Positions 17,982-26,559 of a stretch of 55,080 bases of DNA are shown piece after piece. Source of the stretch: Pseudomonadota bacterium (GTDB lineage: Bacteria > Pseudomonadota > Alphaproteobacteria > Rhodobacterales > Rhodobacteraceae); the NCBI GenBank assembly GCA_039026635.1, contig JBCCLX010000001.1, positions 1 through 55,080 of the forward strand, written 5' to 3'. The notes below the pieces were generated by a model. That model saw only the letters and a list, made by a program, of their open reading frames with translations, was not told the origin of the DNA and searched no databases. The translations under genes and the position numbers were made by a program. Each line of letters begins with the position of its first letter. Position 1 is the first letter of the stretch.

Positions 17982-17985
17982 GGGA

Positions 17986-18117
17986 TTACCGGAGTAGCGA
18001 GAGGATCAGGATCAGCGCCGCGACGGCGAGGCCTACCGCCAAGCGATGGCGAAAGGCCTGCACGGGGTCGGCCGGGTCGCAGCGGAGGGAGCGCGCGAGG
18101 CGAATGAGTTCATTCAT
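17986..18117 (-). CDS. 43-aa protein with C-terminal TM
   Basis: Read manually: MNELIRLARSLRCDPADPVQAFRHRLAVGLAVAALILILSLLR; overlaps the stop of the upstream gene. Confidence 0.6.
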   Translation of the reverse strand: MNELIRLARSLRCDPADPVQAFRHRLAVGLAVAALILILSLLR

Positions 18118-18460
18118 CGCCGTCGCCCTGCTTGGCGCGGCGCAGGCGGGCGAGCAGCATCTCTATGAAGGCTGGGCCGAAGACGCCCACGAGATAGGCG
18201 GCCGAGCCCGCTGCGCCGCCCGCCGGGATCGCCTCCGTCGGCAGGCCCATCCAGCTCGTTATGACTGCCATCGACAGGCTGCCCATGCCCGCGGCGATCA
18301 GACCACCGAGCAGGATGTGCCGCAGCGCGTCGCGCAGGTGCATCTTCGTGGTCAGCGCGTTCGTGGCCCCGCCGAGCGCACCCCAGGCGGCGAGGATCAC
18401 GGCCGTCGAGGCCGCAAGCTCGCGCAGCACCGCGGCAATGAAGCTGCCGGAATCGTTCAT
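18110..18460 (-). CDS. Putative holin (3 TM)
   Basis: 116 aa with three hydrophobic segments upstream of the endolysin. Confidence 0.65.
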   Translation of the reverse strand: MNDSGSFIAAVLRELAASTAVILAAWGALGGATNALTTKMHLRDALRHILLGGLIAAGMGSLSMAVITSWMGLPTEAIPAGGAAGSAAYLVGVFGPAFIEMLLARLRRAKQGDGDE

Positions 18461-19083
18461 CGCCGGATCTCCAGAAGCGGGATGGAGGTGATCGAGCCGA
18501 GCCGCTCGAGGTCGAGCGTCACGTCGAGCGCGTCGGTGTCGAAGCGAACCGGCACGTCGAACCCGAAGCCCGCGGTGATGGCGACGCCGGCGCCTGGTGC
18601 GGCGCCAAAGCTGACCACGCCGGTCGTGGTGTCGACCGACCAGCCGGAAGGCTGCTCGACCCCGCCGAGCGCGATGCGCACGGTGCCCGTCACCGGCTTG
18701 GCGATGGCGCGCGTCCAGGAGTGCGCGCCCGAGGCGTAGCGCTTCACCAACTGGAAGGCGGTCGTCGCGCCGTCACCGGTGCCGATCGCCTGGTCGGTGG
18801 GCGATGGCGTGCCCGAAGGCAGGCAGGACTTGTGGTCGGCCCAGTCCTTGAAGCGGAAGCCATGGAGACGACCGTTGCGCGCCTCGAAGAAGGCGACCAC
18901 CGCCGCCAGATCGTCAGCGCGGCGGATGCCGTAGGCGACGTCGTAGCGGCGGCGCGAGTTGGCCCAGCTGGCGTTGCGCTCCTCGTCGCCCGAGGCGAGC
19001 TCGACGATCTGGGTGCGCCGTTCCGGCCCGCCCCGCGCGCCCCGGCTGATATTGTCGGGAAACCGGACCTCGTGGAACGCCAT
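18457..19083 (-). CDS. Distal tail protein DUF2460 (RcGTA g12-like)
   Basis: FHEVRFP..IS.GA.GGPERRT...FFEARNG.L.GFRFKD...FDVPVRFDTD. Confidence 0.93.
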   Translation of the reverse strand: MAFHEVRFPDNISRGARGGPERRTQIVELASGDEERNASWANSRRRYDVAYGIRRADDLAAVVAFFEARNGRLHGFRFKDWADHKSCLPSGTPSPTDQAIGTGDGATTAFQLVKRYASGAHSWTRAIAKPVTGTVRIALGGVEQPSGWSVDTTTGVVSFGAAPGAGVAITAGFGFDVPVRFDTDALDVTLDLERLGSITSIPLLEIRR

Positions 19084-21500
19084 CACATGCCCCTCCGCCC
19101 GAGCGAGACGGCGCGGGCGATGTCCGCCGCGACCTGTGTGCGGGACTGGCGGAAGCTCTCGGCGTCACGCGCCATGATGGTGACGTTGACGCCACCACCC
19201 GCGCCGTAGGCCTGCGCCTCGCGCCGCGACAGCACCCGCTCGCCGCGCTGCAGGATCGCGGGGACTTCGTCGTGGCGCAGCCCCGCCATGCCGCCGCCAT
19301 GCATCCGAGGCGCGGCGGCGAAGGCCATCGCCGGGACCATGCGCGAGGGGCCAGCGGAGCCAACCATCCCGCCCGCATGCAGGACGTTGGCAAAGATGCC
19401 GCCAGCACCGGAGAACACGCCGGAGAGCGCGTTTGCGATCGGCCCGAGGATGAACCGCCGCGCCGCGAGCTGGGCGAGATCGGCTAGCAGCGAGGTGACC
19501 AGATTGCGGAAGTCGAGCTTGCCGGTCTTAACGAACTGGCCGACGGCGCTCTCCGCCGACTGGAAGGCGCCAACGAGACTCTGGCCGATGTCGCCACCGA
19601 TGTCGCGGGCCTTGCTGGCGTAGTCCGACAGCGCCGCCGTGACCGCCTGCCAGCCGGTGACGGCAGCTTCGGTCGCGGGCTCCGCCGCAGCGGCAGCTGC
19701 TCCGGCCGCTGCGCCTGCACCTGTTGCGGCGCGTCCGGCATCGTCAAGCGCCGTCTCCAGCCGGTCGGCCGCGCCGGTGGCCTCGGTCAGTGCATCGGCA
19801 CTGGCCTCGTCGGTGCCGCGCACGGCATCGCGCAGCGCCTGCCAGCTTTCCAGCGGCGCGCGGGCCCCTTCGGCCAGATCGCGTGCAGCGCCCCGATAGA
19901 GGTTCGCGGACTCGAGCGCCCGGTTCGCCGCATCGGTCAGTCCGAAATCAGGCGCAGTGAGCGGGTTGTCCTCGAAAGCCCGATCAAAGGCTGCCTGCGC
20001 CGCTGTCGTGGCAGCACTGGCCGCGCCCTCGAAGCGGTTCTCGATCTCGCCGAGGTCGAGGTCCGGCACCAGCGAGATGCGCCGCTCCGACCCGAGCGCT
20101 TCCAGCCCCTGATTGATGCCCCCGATGAAGCTGTTGATGCGCGAGACCACGCCGTTCAGCATCGCCTCGACGCCGTCGACCAGGCTGTTGGCCGCCTGGA
20201 ATGCCAGATCGCCGATGGCCGCGGGCAGCAAGCCCCAGATCGCCTTGATCGCCTCGTAGGCCCCTTCGAACGTGTTCGCGGCGGTGTTGCCGAAACCGAC
20301 GACGCTCTCGATGGCGCTCTGCATGCCCGAGGCCGCGTCGGCCTTCAGGTCGAAGAACATCGCCGTGGCGGCCGCGCCCGCCGCAGCGGCGCCCATCCTG
20401 ATCCGCTCCCAGACCTCGACGGCGAGGTCCTTCAGGAGCGACATCGCCTCGCCGAAGCCGCCCGCGCCGGACACGAGCCTGGTGAACTGGTAGACAAGCT
20501 CACCAGTGCCGACGATCAGCGCCCCGATGCCGGTGCGGATCAGCGCGCCGCGCAGCACGACCAGCGCCGTGGCGAGACCACGGACCGAGAGCGCTGCGGC
20601 GGCCATGCCAGCCACCCAGCGGCCCGCGAGGAAGGCCGCGAAGGTCGCGGCGTAGGTGGTCAGGCGACCGATGTTGTCGAAGAGCCCGCGAATGGCGATG
20701 CCAAGCGGACCGGTGCGGCTGGCGACTGCAGCCATGGCGTTGGCGACCGCCTCAAGTGCAGGCGCTGCGGCGACCGCCAACGGGTTCGACAGCCCGCGCC
20801 AGATCAGTCCGAGCCGGGAGATCGCATCGTTCGTCCGCTCGATCTGGTCGGCATCCTGCTCGGAGACGACAACGCCGAAGGCGCGCACGTCCTCGGTCGC
20901 CTGGCGCAGGGTCGCGGTGTCGATCCGCGACATGGCGATGGAACCTTCCTCGCCGAAAAGCTGACCCGCGACCGCCGCGCGTTCGGCGGCAGGCACGAAC
21001 TCCTCGATGGCAGCGTTGATCGCGCCGACGCGCTGGTCCAGCGGCAGGGCGATCAGCTCGTTAGCGGAAAGGCCCAGCCTGTCGAGTGCGTCGGCGGCGG
21101 GGCCGGTCCCGGCGGCCGCCTGGCTGAGCCGACGGGTGAGATCCTTGGTGGCCTGTTCGATGCCGGACATCGACACGCCCGCAAGTTCGCCCGCCCGCTC
21201 GAGCGTCTGGATCGAGGCGACCGTGGTCCTCAGCGACTGCGCCAGCTTGGCCTGAGCATCGACGGTCTGGAGGCCGGAGCGGATCATCGCCACGCCAGCG
21301 GCGGCGGCATCAGCCACGGCGGCGGCCGCCGCGACGCGGACTCGCCGCGAGAATGCCGCCAGCCGGGCGTTGGCCGCTTCCATCTCGCGGCTCAGCCGTC
21401 CGAAGCCGCGCGCCCCGGACTCGCCCACGCCTTCCAGTTCGGCGCGCACCTGCCGCCCACCCACGGCCGCGAGGCGGACGCTGACCCTCTTCTCAGCCAT
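19083..21500 (-). CDS. Tail tape measure protein
   Basis: 805 aa Ala-rich helical protein with H.GG motifs and DAESFRQSRTQVAADIARAV C-terminus. Confidence 0.92.
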   Translation of the reverse strand: MAEKRVSVRLAAVGGRQVRAELEGVGESGARGFGRLSREMEAANARLAAFSRRVRVAAAAAVADAAAAGVAMIRSGLQTVDAQAKLAQSLRTTVASIQTLERAGELAGVSMSGIEQATKDLTRRLSQAAAGTGPAADALDRLGLSANELIALPLDQRVGAINAAIEEFVPAAERAAVAGQLFGEEGSIAMSRIDTATLRQATEDVRAFGVVVSEQDADQIERTNDAISRLGLIWRGLSNPLAVAAAPALEAVANAMAAVASRTGPLGIAIRGLFDNIGRLTTYAATFAAFLAGRWVAGMAAAALSVRGLATALVVLRGALIRTGIGALIVGTGELVYQFTRLVSGAGGFGEAMSLLKDLAVEVWERIRMGAAAAGAAATAMFFDLKADAASGMQSAIESVVGFGNTAANTFEGAYEAIKAIWGLLPAAIGDLAFQAANSLVDGVEAMLNGVVSRINSFIGGINQGLEALGSERRISLVPDLDLGEIENRFEGAASAATTAAQAAFDRAFEDNPLTAPDFGLTDAANRALESANLYRGAARDLAEGARAPLESWQALRDAVRGTDEASADALTEATGAADRLETALDDAGRAATGAGAAAGAAAAAAEPATEAAVTGWQAVTAALSDYASKARDIGGDIGQSLVGAFQSAESAVGQFVKTGKLDFRNLVTSLLADLAQLAARRFILGPIANALSGVFSGAGGIFANVLHAGGMVGSAGPSRMVPAMAFAAAPRMHGGGMAGLRHDEVPAILQRGERVLSRREAQAYGAGGGVNVTIMARDAESFRQSRTQVAADIARAVSLGRRGM

Positions 21501-21820
21501 GGGAATGATCCATCTGTTCGTTGAGCTTGGCCACCATCACCACTTCGATGACGGGCAGCAGTTCGGCCATGGCCAGCGGCGGCACGCCGAGGGCATCACC
21601 GAGCGCGAGCGCTGCCGACATGTCCCAGCCGATCACGGCGCCGGGCAGGACACGCAGCTGGCCACCGAGACGACCGACCAAGTCCCAGACCTGCCAGCCC
21701 TCCGGTGTTTCCGGACGGTTCAGCCGCGCCGGGCAGTCCGGGCAGGCTTGCGGGCAGGCTTGGCAGTAGCGCTCGCCCCCGCCGAAGGACCATTCGGCGA
21801 GAGCGCGGAGACGTTTTTTT
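21493..21820 (-). CDS. Tail assembly chaperone frameshift extension (gpT-like part of gpGT)
   Basis: Open -1 frame from the A AAA AAC slippery site (21813-21819) to the stop at 21493. Confidence 0.75.
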
Positions 21821-22157
21821 CCTGCTCCAGCAGCAGGCCCTTCGAGACGTAGGTCAGCTGGAAAGCCTCGAAGATCGGCCAGACATCGAGCAGCGCGTCG
21901 ATGGCCTCAAGGCTCGGGTCGATCGCGTTGCCGTCCGCGTCGCCGATGCCCTCCCAGGCGAGCACCGCCCGTCGCGCCAGCGCCTTGGCGAAGGCGACCG
22001 CGCGTTCCTCGTCCGAGGCCTCCTCGGGCACCGCCTCGACGGAGGGATCGCTGCGGGTCGCCACCATCAGCGCGGTGGTCAGCGGGCGCAGCTGCGCCCG
22101 AACGCCGGGGGCAAGGTCATGCCAGCGTGGCGCGTTGGTCAGGTCGAGCGTGAGCAT
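21720..22157 (-). CDS. Tail assembly chaperone (gpG-like)
   Basis: Lies between the tail tube and tape measure genes; contains ...EQEKN slippery codons. Confidence 0.85.
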   Translation of the reverse strand: MLTLDLTNAPRWHDLAPGVRAQLRPLTTALMVATRSDPSVEAVPEEASDEERAVAFAKALARRAVLAWEGIGDADGNAIDPSLEAIDALLDVWPIFEAFQLTYVSKGLLLEQEKNVSALSPNGPSAGASATAKPARKPARTARRG

Positions 22158-22159
22158 TC

Positions 22160-23101
22160 TCAGTATACCTCGATGTCGTTGATCAGGGTTGCGGTGCACA
22201 TCCGGCCAACGACGCTGTCGCGCGCGGCCTGCCAGTCGAAGGTGGCCTGCACGCCCTGCGGGCCGGAGATCTCGATCCGCGGGCGCGGCAGGTAGACGGC
22301 GTGCACTGTGAAGGTGAAGCTCTCGCCGGACGGCAGGATGTAGGCGAACTCCATCTCGCAGGCCTCGCCATTGATCGCCTGCGTCACCAGCGTCTGGTCG
22401 GCGAACCGCACTTCGATCCGGCCGGTCAGGGCCGCGATGGAGGGGTCCGCCCCGTCGATACGCCCGTCCGAGCGGATCGTCTCGATCCTGTCGAGGTTGT
22501 TCGCATAGGTGATCTCGGCCGAGACCACGTTGCCGAGCGCGGTTCCATTCCGGGTGATCGCGCCGTTGAAATGCCCGAAGCGCTTGAGCTCCAGCGCGGC
22601 GGGCGTTCCGGCGCTGGTGGTCGTGCCGACCGTCTCACCCTGCGCCACCAAACGTGCCGTTGCCGTCAGCAGGCCAGACCGCTGCATCTGCCAGGTGATC
22701 TGGTCGAGCACGCAGCCCGAGTACATCGCGTATCGCGGCACCTCCGGCATGCCGGTCTCGATCGACATCGAGGGCAGCGTCCAGGAACCTGACTGGAACT
22801 CGTGGGTGTACGGCGCCTCCGCGCCCGTGGTCGTCGGCGCGCCGAACGCCGCCTTCAGCCAGAAGCCGACGGCCTCGGCGTCGAGCGGCACCACGACATC
22901 GCCGTCGGCTGTGACCGCGTCCTTGATCGGCGCCAACGGATCGCGGCCGTAGCCCAGCAGTTCCGAGTTCAGCAGCGGCTGCTCCGCGCCGAGCGTGGTG
23001 CTGGCGAACGGCATCTTCGTGAAGCCGCCCACGGGCGGCGTTCCATAGGTCGTCTCGAACGCAAGCGCCATCAGCGCCCGCGCCCCCTGGGCTCGTGCCA
23101 T
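22160..23101 (-). CDS. Major tail tube protein
   Basis: MARAQGARA.MALAFETTYGTPP...; position after the tail terminator. Confidence 0.88.
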   Translation of the reverse strand: MARAQGARALMALAFETTYGTPPVGGFTKMPFASTTLGAEQPLLNSELLGYGRDPLAPIKDAVTADGDVVVPLDAEAVGFWLKAAFGAPTTTGAEAPYTHEFQSGSWTLPSMSIETGMPEVPRYAMYSGCVLDQITWQMQRSGLLTATARLVAQGETVGTTTSAGTPAALELKRFGHFNGAITRNGTALGNVVSAEITYANNLDRIETIRSDGRIDGADPSIAALTGRIEVRFADQTLVTQAINGEACEMEFAYILPSGESFTFTVHAVYLPRPRIEISGPQGVQATFDWQAARDSVVGRMCTATLINDIEVY

Positions 23102-23125
23102 GGAAATCTCCTCGGGTTGTCGGGG

Positions 23126-23545
23126 TCAGGCCAGCGGATCGGCCGTGGAATAGTGCAGCACCACCGGGATCACGGCCGCCTTCAGGCTGGCCGCGCCCTC
23201 GACCGGCAGATCGACCGGCCGCGGCGCTTCCGCCTCGACCCAGTCGCAGAGCCCGCCCAGCGTGCGGTCGGCAGCGAGCGCCGTGCCGATGCTGGCGGTC
23301 AGCGCGTCGAAGGCGGTGTCACGTGCAGCGCCCTGAACGACCGCCTCGATCTCGGCGCGGTGCTGGTAGTGGTAGCGCAGGGGCGACAGTGTGACCTCGG
23401 GTTCGCCTGGCTCGCCATCGCGCAGGATCAACAGACCCTCGGCTGGGACCCGCTCGGGCAACACTTCGCCGCGCAGGGCGGTGGCGGGCAGCGCCGAGAG
23501 CCGCGCGTGCAGCGCGGTGAGGATGGTTTCGCGAGGGGTGGGCAT
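23126..23545 (-). CDS. Putative tail terminator / tail completion protein
   Basis: MPTPRETILTAL...ADRTLGGLCDW...HYSTADPL; 139 aa immediately before the tail tube. Confidence 0.75.
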   Translation of the reverse strand: MPTPRETILTALHARLSALPATALRGEVLPERVPAEGLLILRDGEPGEPEVTLSPLRYHYQHRAEIEAVVQGAARDTAFDALTASIGTALAADRTLGGLCDWVEAEAPRPVDLPVEGAASLKAAVIPVVLHYSTADPLA

Positions 23546-23576
23546 GTGAGATTATGCCAATTACAAGAGTGAAAGC

Positions 23577-25154
23577 TCAGTCTTCTATTCGCAAACTCGG
23601 GTTGCGACTTTTAATAAATTCTCTCACATAGATTGATAGAGATGAACCATGTAGCGCTATTGCCTCTGTGAATTCATCCATCTCACTTTTAGAAAATAGT
23701 TCTGATCTCTTGATCACGTATAGGCAAAGTGAATTCAGTGTACAAAATACACTATCTACATCAACGTGCCTCTGCATCGATTTTATTCTTTCTGATATAG
23801 TGGGCAAATCTCTCTTTAGATCAATCTTTCTCATCAATTTTTGAGCGACGAAACCGCGGGATAGCGTTGTTGTGTTATTGCCCCATATGAACTCCCAATC
23901 TGACCAAGAGTCGAAGAGCAGCAACATTAGCAAATCGATCCGGGCACTCTCCTCAATTTTTATGTCATCAAAGTTTATGCAGTATATGAACTCAACATAG
24001 AACATTTCGACCGGCAACGGTTTCGTACCGTTAAATGTATTCGTACCGCTCAAGCAAAGGCGGGCTTGCACTGGTTCAAAAATATCTGCACCTAACATTT
24101 CTCCCTCATTCAGGATAGCATACGCGATTTTGACCAGCATACCGTTATCGAATTTAATTTTCGTCCTATTCGAAAGTACAATGTAGCTGACATCTGGATC
24201 ATAATCCAAGTGAAGGTTGTCCAAGTATCCACTGTGGTAAGCATCCTCGGTGCGCACCATAAGCTGCATATCCTCAATACGCTCCATTGAAAATCCACCT
24301 TGATTGCATGCCTCAGCAACTAATAGATCTAATAAGAGGTCACCACTTAGTGTAATCGATTTGAATATATCGCTGGACGCATATTTTCTTCTATCAAGAA
24401 TATTTTGAGATCGTTGAAAATCTCCTCCGCGACTTGCAATCTCTCCGCCTCTGTCAGAAATTATTGAATGAATTTCCTTTAATAATTCGTGATTTCTTTC
24501 TGTTGCAACACGGACCTGCCTGAAGCCTGCATCGATTCGCTCTTCGACAATTCCCAAGCCGCGAAGCGTTACCATCAGCAGATGAGGCTCCAGGTTCTTG
24601 AAGTAGCTCTCATTCTCGATCGCCGCCTCGAGCGCCGTGCGCACGACCAGGTCCGCGAAATCACGGGCAGCAAGAGGTCCTTCTTGTCCAAAGGTGGCGG
24701 GCTCGCGCTCAGCAAGTCGAGCAAGGATCAGCTTCGTTGCTGAACCCGGGAAACCCTCGGGACTACGCGCCGAAGCAGCGAGGGCTTTCCGATCCAGAAA
24801 ACATCCCGCTAGTGCACGCTCCATTGAGGCATCAGCGGCCTCAAGATCGGCGCGTGTATCCCACCGTTCGACCTTTGCGTGTGCGGCGAGATCAGCAGCA
24901 ATGCGCTTTCGAATGGACTTCAGCGCGGCCTCGGACTCGGGGCCATGCCTTCTGACGGCGTCAGACACGACCGCCGCCAATCCTGCGCCGCCAATGGCAA
25001 CACCAACCGCTGCTTCCGCACCGCCACCAAACGCTAGCCAGCCGCAGGTTGCGGCTAGCGCGGTCGCTCTCTCCACACAGTTTTCGAAGAACGCCAACAG
25101 ATTGCCCTCCATATCGAGTGGTGGCGGGACTTCCTTCAGCTGGCGCCGCGACAA
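23577..25154 (-). CDS. Moron: 525-aa hypothetical protein with AT-rich C-terminal half
   Basis: Long ORF interrupting the neck-tail operon; sequence turns abruptly AT-rich below ~24530; alternative ATG start at 25112. Confidence 0.8.
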   Translation of the reverse strand: MSRRQLKEVPPPLDMEGNLLAFFENCVERATALAATCGWLAFGGGAEAAVGVAIGGAGLAAVVSDAVRRHGPESEAALKSIRKRIAADLAAHAKVERWDTRADLEAADASMERALAGCFLDRKALAASARSPEGFPGSATKLILARLAEREPATFGQEGPLAARDFADLVVRTALEAAIENESYFKNLEPHLLMVTLRGLGIVEERIDAGFRQVRVATERNHELLKEIHSIISDRGGEIASRGGDFQRSQNILDRRKYASSDIFKSITLSGDLLLDLLVAEACNQGGFSMERIEDMQLMVRTEDAYHSGYLDNLHLDYDPDVSYIVLSNRTKIKFDNGMLVKIAYAILNEGEMLGADIFEPVQARLCLSGTNTFNGTKPLPVEMFYVEFIYCINFDDIKIEESARIDLLMLLLFDSWSDWEFIWGNNTTTLSRGFVAQKLMRKIDLKRDLPTISERIKSMQRHVDVDSVFCTLNSLCLYVIKRSELFSKSEMDEFTEAIALHGSSLSIYVREFIKSRNPSLRIED

Positions 25155-25221
25155 TCCTTGCTCCCGTTACTATCTAGCAATTCATTGTGTTTTTGGCCAC
25201 ATTCTAAGCGCGCCGCTCCAC

Positions 25222-25842
25222 TCAGTTCGCCACGATCAGCCCCGGCACGCTGTCCAAGGCCCGATCCGCATCCCGAGCCAGATCCAGCCGCTTCGGCAGC
25301 TTCACCTGCGGCACCAGCAGGAAAATCGGCGCGGTGACCTTGCCGCGCCCGGTCTTGGAGCGCGACACCACCGCCTGACCCGTGGTGTTCAGCCGTCCTT
25401 CGGCGACCAGCAAGCTTGGGCCGGTGCGACGATAGACGAAGCGCAGGCGCAGCCCGCGTCGCTGTTCCCATTCGCCGGGTGTGATCCGGCCGCCGCGCAG
25501 GGATTTGCCCGCCGCCGGCAGCGGGATCGCCAGCCAGAACCCGTCTTTCGAGCGGATCAAAGGTCCGGTGTCGTGCGCGCCCACGATGACGGGGGCCTTG
25601 GACCAGACCAGAGCTGCGGCGTCTAGGCTCTCGCCCGACCTCGGGAAGTTCTGGCTCCGGATCGAGTTGGCGAGCCGGGGCCCTAGCCCCGCGCCGGTGA
25701 TCTGCAGCCGCCAGGCGCTCTTCAGCCCGGTCCCGGCCTCGCGGATCGCGGCCGAAACGGCGCGCTCGCCCGCCGCGACCTCGGCTGCCATCATTGCGAC
25801 GATGTCGGGATCGATGTCGAGCTTCAGCTTCATCGCGGTCAT
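25222..25842 (-). CDS. DUF6441-like neck / minor tail protein
   Basis: MKLKLDIDPDIV...LAIP...PIFLLVPQVKLPKRLD; start may be 25833. Confidence 0.78.
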   Translation of the reverse strand: MTAMKLKLDIDPDIVAMMAAEVAAGERAVSAAIREAGTGLKSAWRLQITGAGLGPRLANSIRSQNFPRSGESLDAAALVWSKAPVIVGAHDTGPLIRSKDGFWLAIPLPAAGKSLRGGRITPGEWEQRRGLRLRFVYRRTGPSLLVAEGRLNTTGQAVVSRSKTGRGKVTAPIFLLVPQVKLPKRLDLARDADRALDSVPGLIVAN

Positions 25843-26150
25843 GCCGGGCGCAGATCGACGGTCCAGACCAGCCGCTCGCGGTCTCGGACAGGTTCTCCCT
25901 GGATGAGGAAGGCGTCGCCATCGATCTCGATGCGGTCGCCGGGGCGTGGGGCTGGCACCTCGGCCACGCGCAGGTCGATCCGGGTGGTTTCGGACCAGAG
26001 CCGCGCGTCGCCAAAGTCAGAGACGACATCCGCACGCCGGGCGACGGCACGCACCAGAACGGGCGCGCCACCGTCGGCGATGTAGACCGCGTCCCGGCCG
26101 ATGGTCGGATCGGCGAAGAGCGCACTGAGCGCGGCGGCGAAGGCGCTCAT
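25839..26150 (-). CDS. Head-tail joining protein (gpFII-like)
   Basis: MSAFAAA...FADP..GRDAVY...PRPGDRIEIDG..F.IQGEPVRDRERLVW. Confidence 0.8.
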   Translation of the reverse strand: MSAFAAALSALFADPTIGRDAVYIADGGAPVLVRAVARRADVVSDFGDARLWSETTRIDLRVAEVPAPRPGDRIEIDGDAFLIQGEPVRDRERLVWTVDLRPA

Positions 26151-26485
26151 CAGAACGTCGCGTTCAGGCGGACCCGGCCGATGGTGTCGCCCGCGCCGCT
26201 CGCCACCGCCTCGACGGCAACGCCGATGAGGGTGTTGTCGGTCGCGACCGTGGTGCAGCGCTTGTTGGTGTCGTCCCAATAGACCTTGGCGCCGACGGTC
26301 CAGGCCTGCGAGCCGGCCTTGGTGATGTCGAACACGCCGACGAGCGCGGTCTCGACGGGATCGCCGAGAGCGGCCGCTCCGGCGGCGATGCCGAAGATGG
26401 AACCGACGAGCAGCCCATCGCCGGAGGCGACAGCATAGGGTGCGGTCAGGGTGATGGTGTTGCCGGGCTGGACGTAGTTTTTCAT
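26150..26485 (-). CDS. DUF2190 capsid cement / decoration protein
   Basis: MKNYVQPG.TI...GVF...VGAKVYWD. Confidence 0.9.
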   Translation of the reverse strand: MKNYVQPGNTITLTAPYAVASGDGLLVGSIFGIAAGAAALGDPVETALVGVFDITKAGSQAWTVGAKVYWDDTNKRCTTVATDNTLIGVAVEAVASGAGDTIGRVRLNATF

Positions 26486-26501
26486 GGACGTGATCCTTGT
26501 G

Positions 26502-26533
26502 GAAAGACGAAGGGCGGCCCGTCAGGACCGCCC
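26502..26533 (-). terminator. Intrinsic terminator after the major capsid gene
   Basis: Minus strand GGGCGGTCC-TGAC-GGGCCGCCC followed by TTCGTCTTT. Confidence 0.6.
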
Positions 26534-26559
26534 GTGTATCAGGGTTCAGGAAGCGCGCC

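Noticed and set aside
11363-19083. Gene transfer agent cluster
   Set aside because: Accompanied by lambda-type head genes, a long tape measure, replication, repressor and integrase, so it is a prophage
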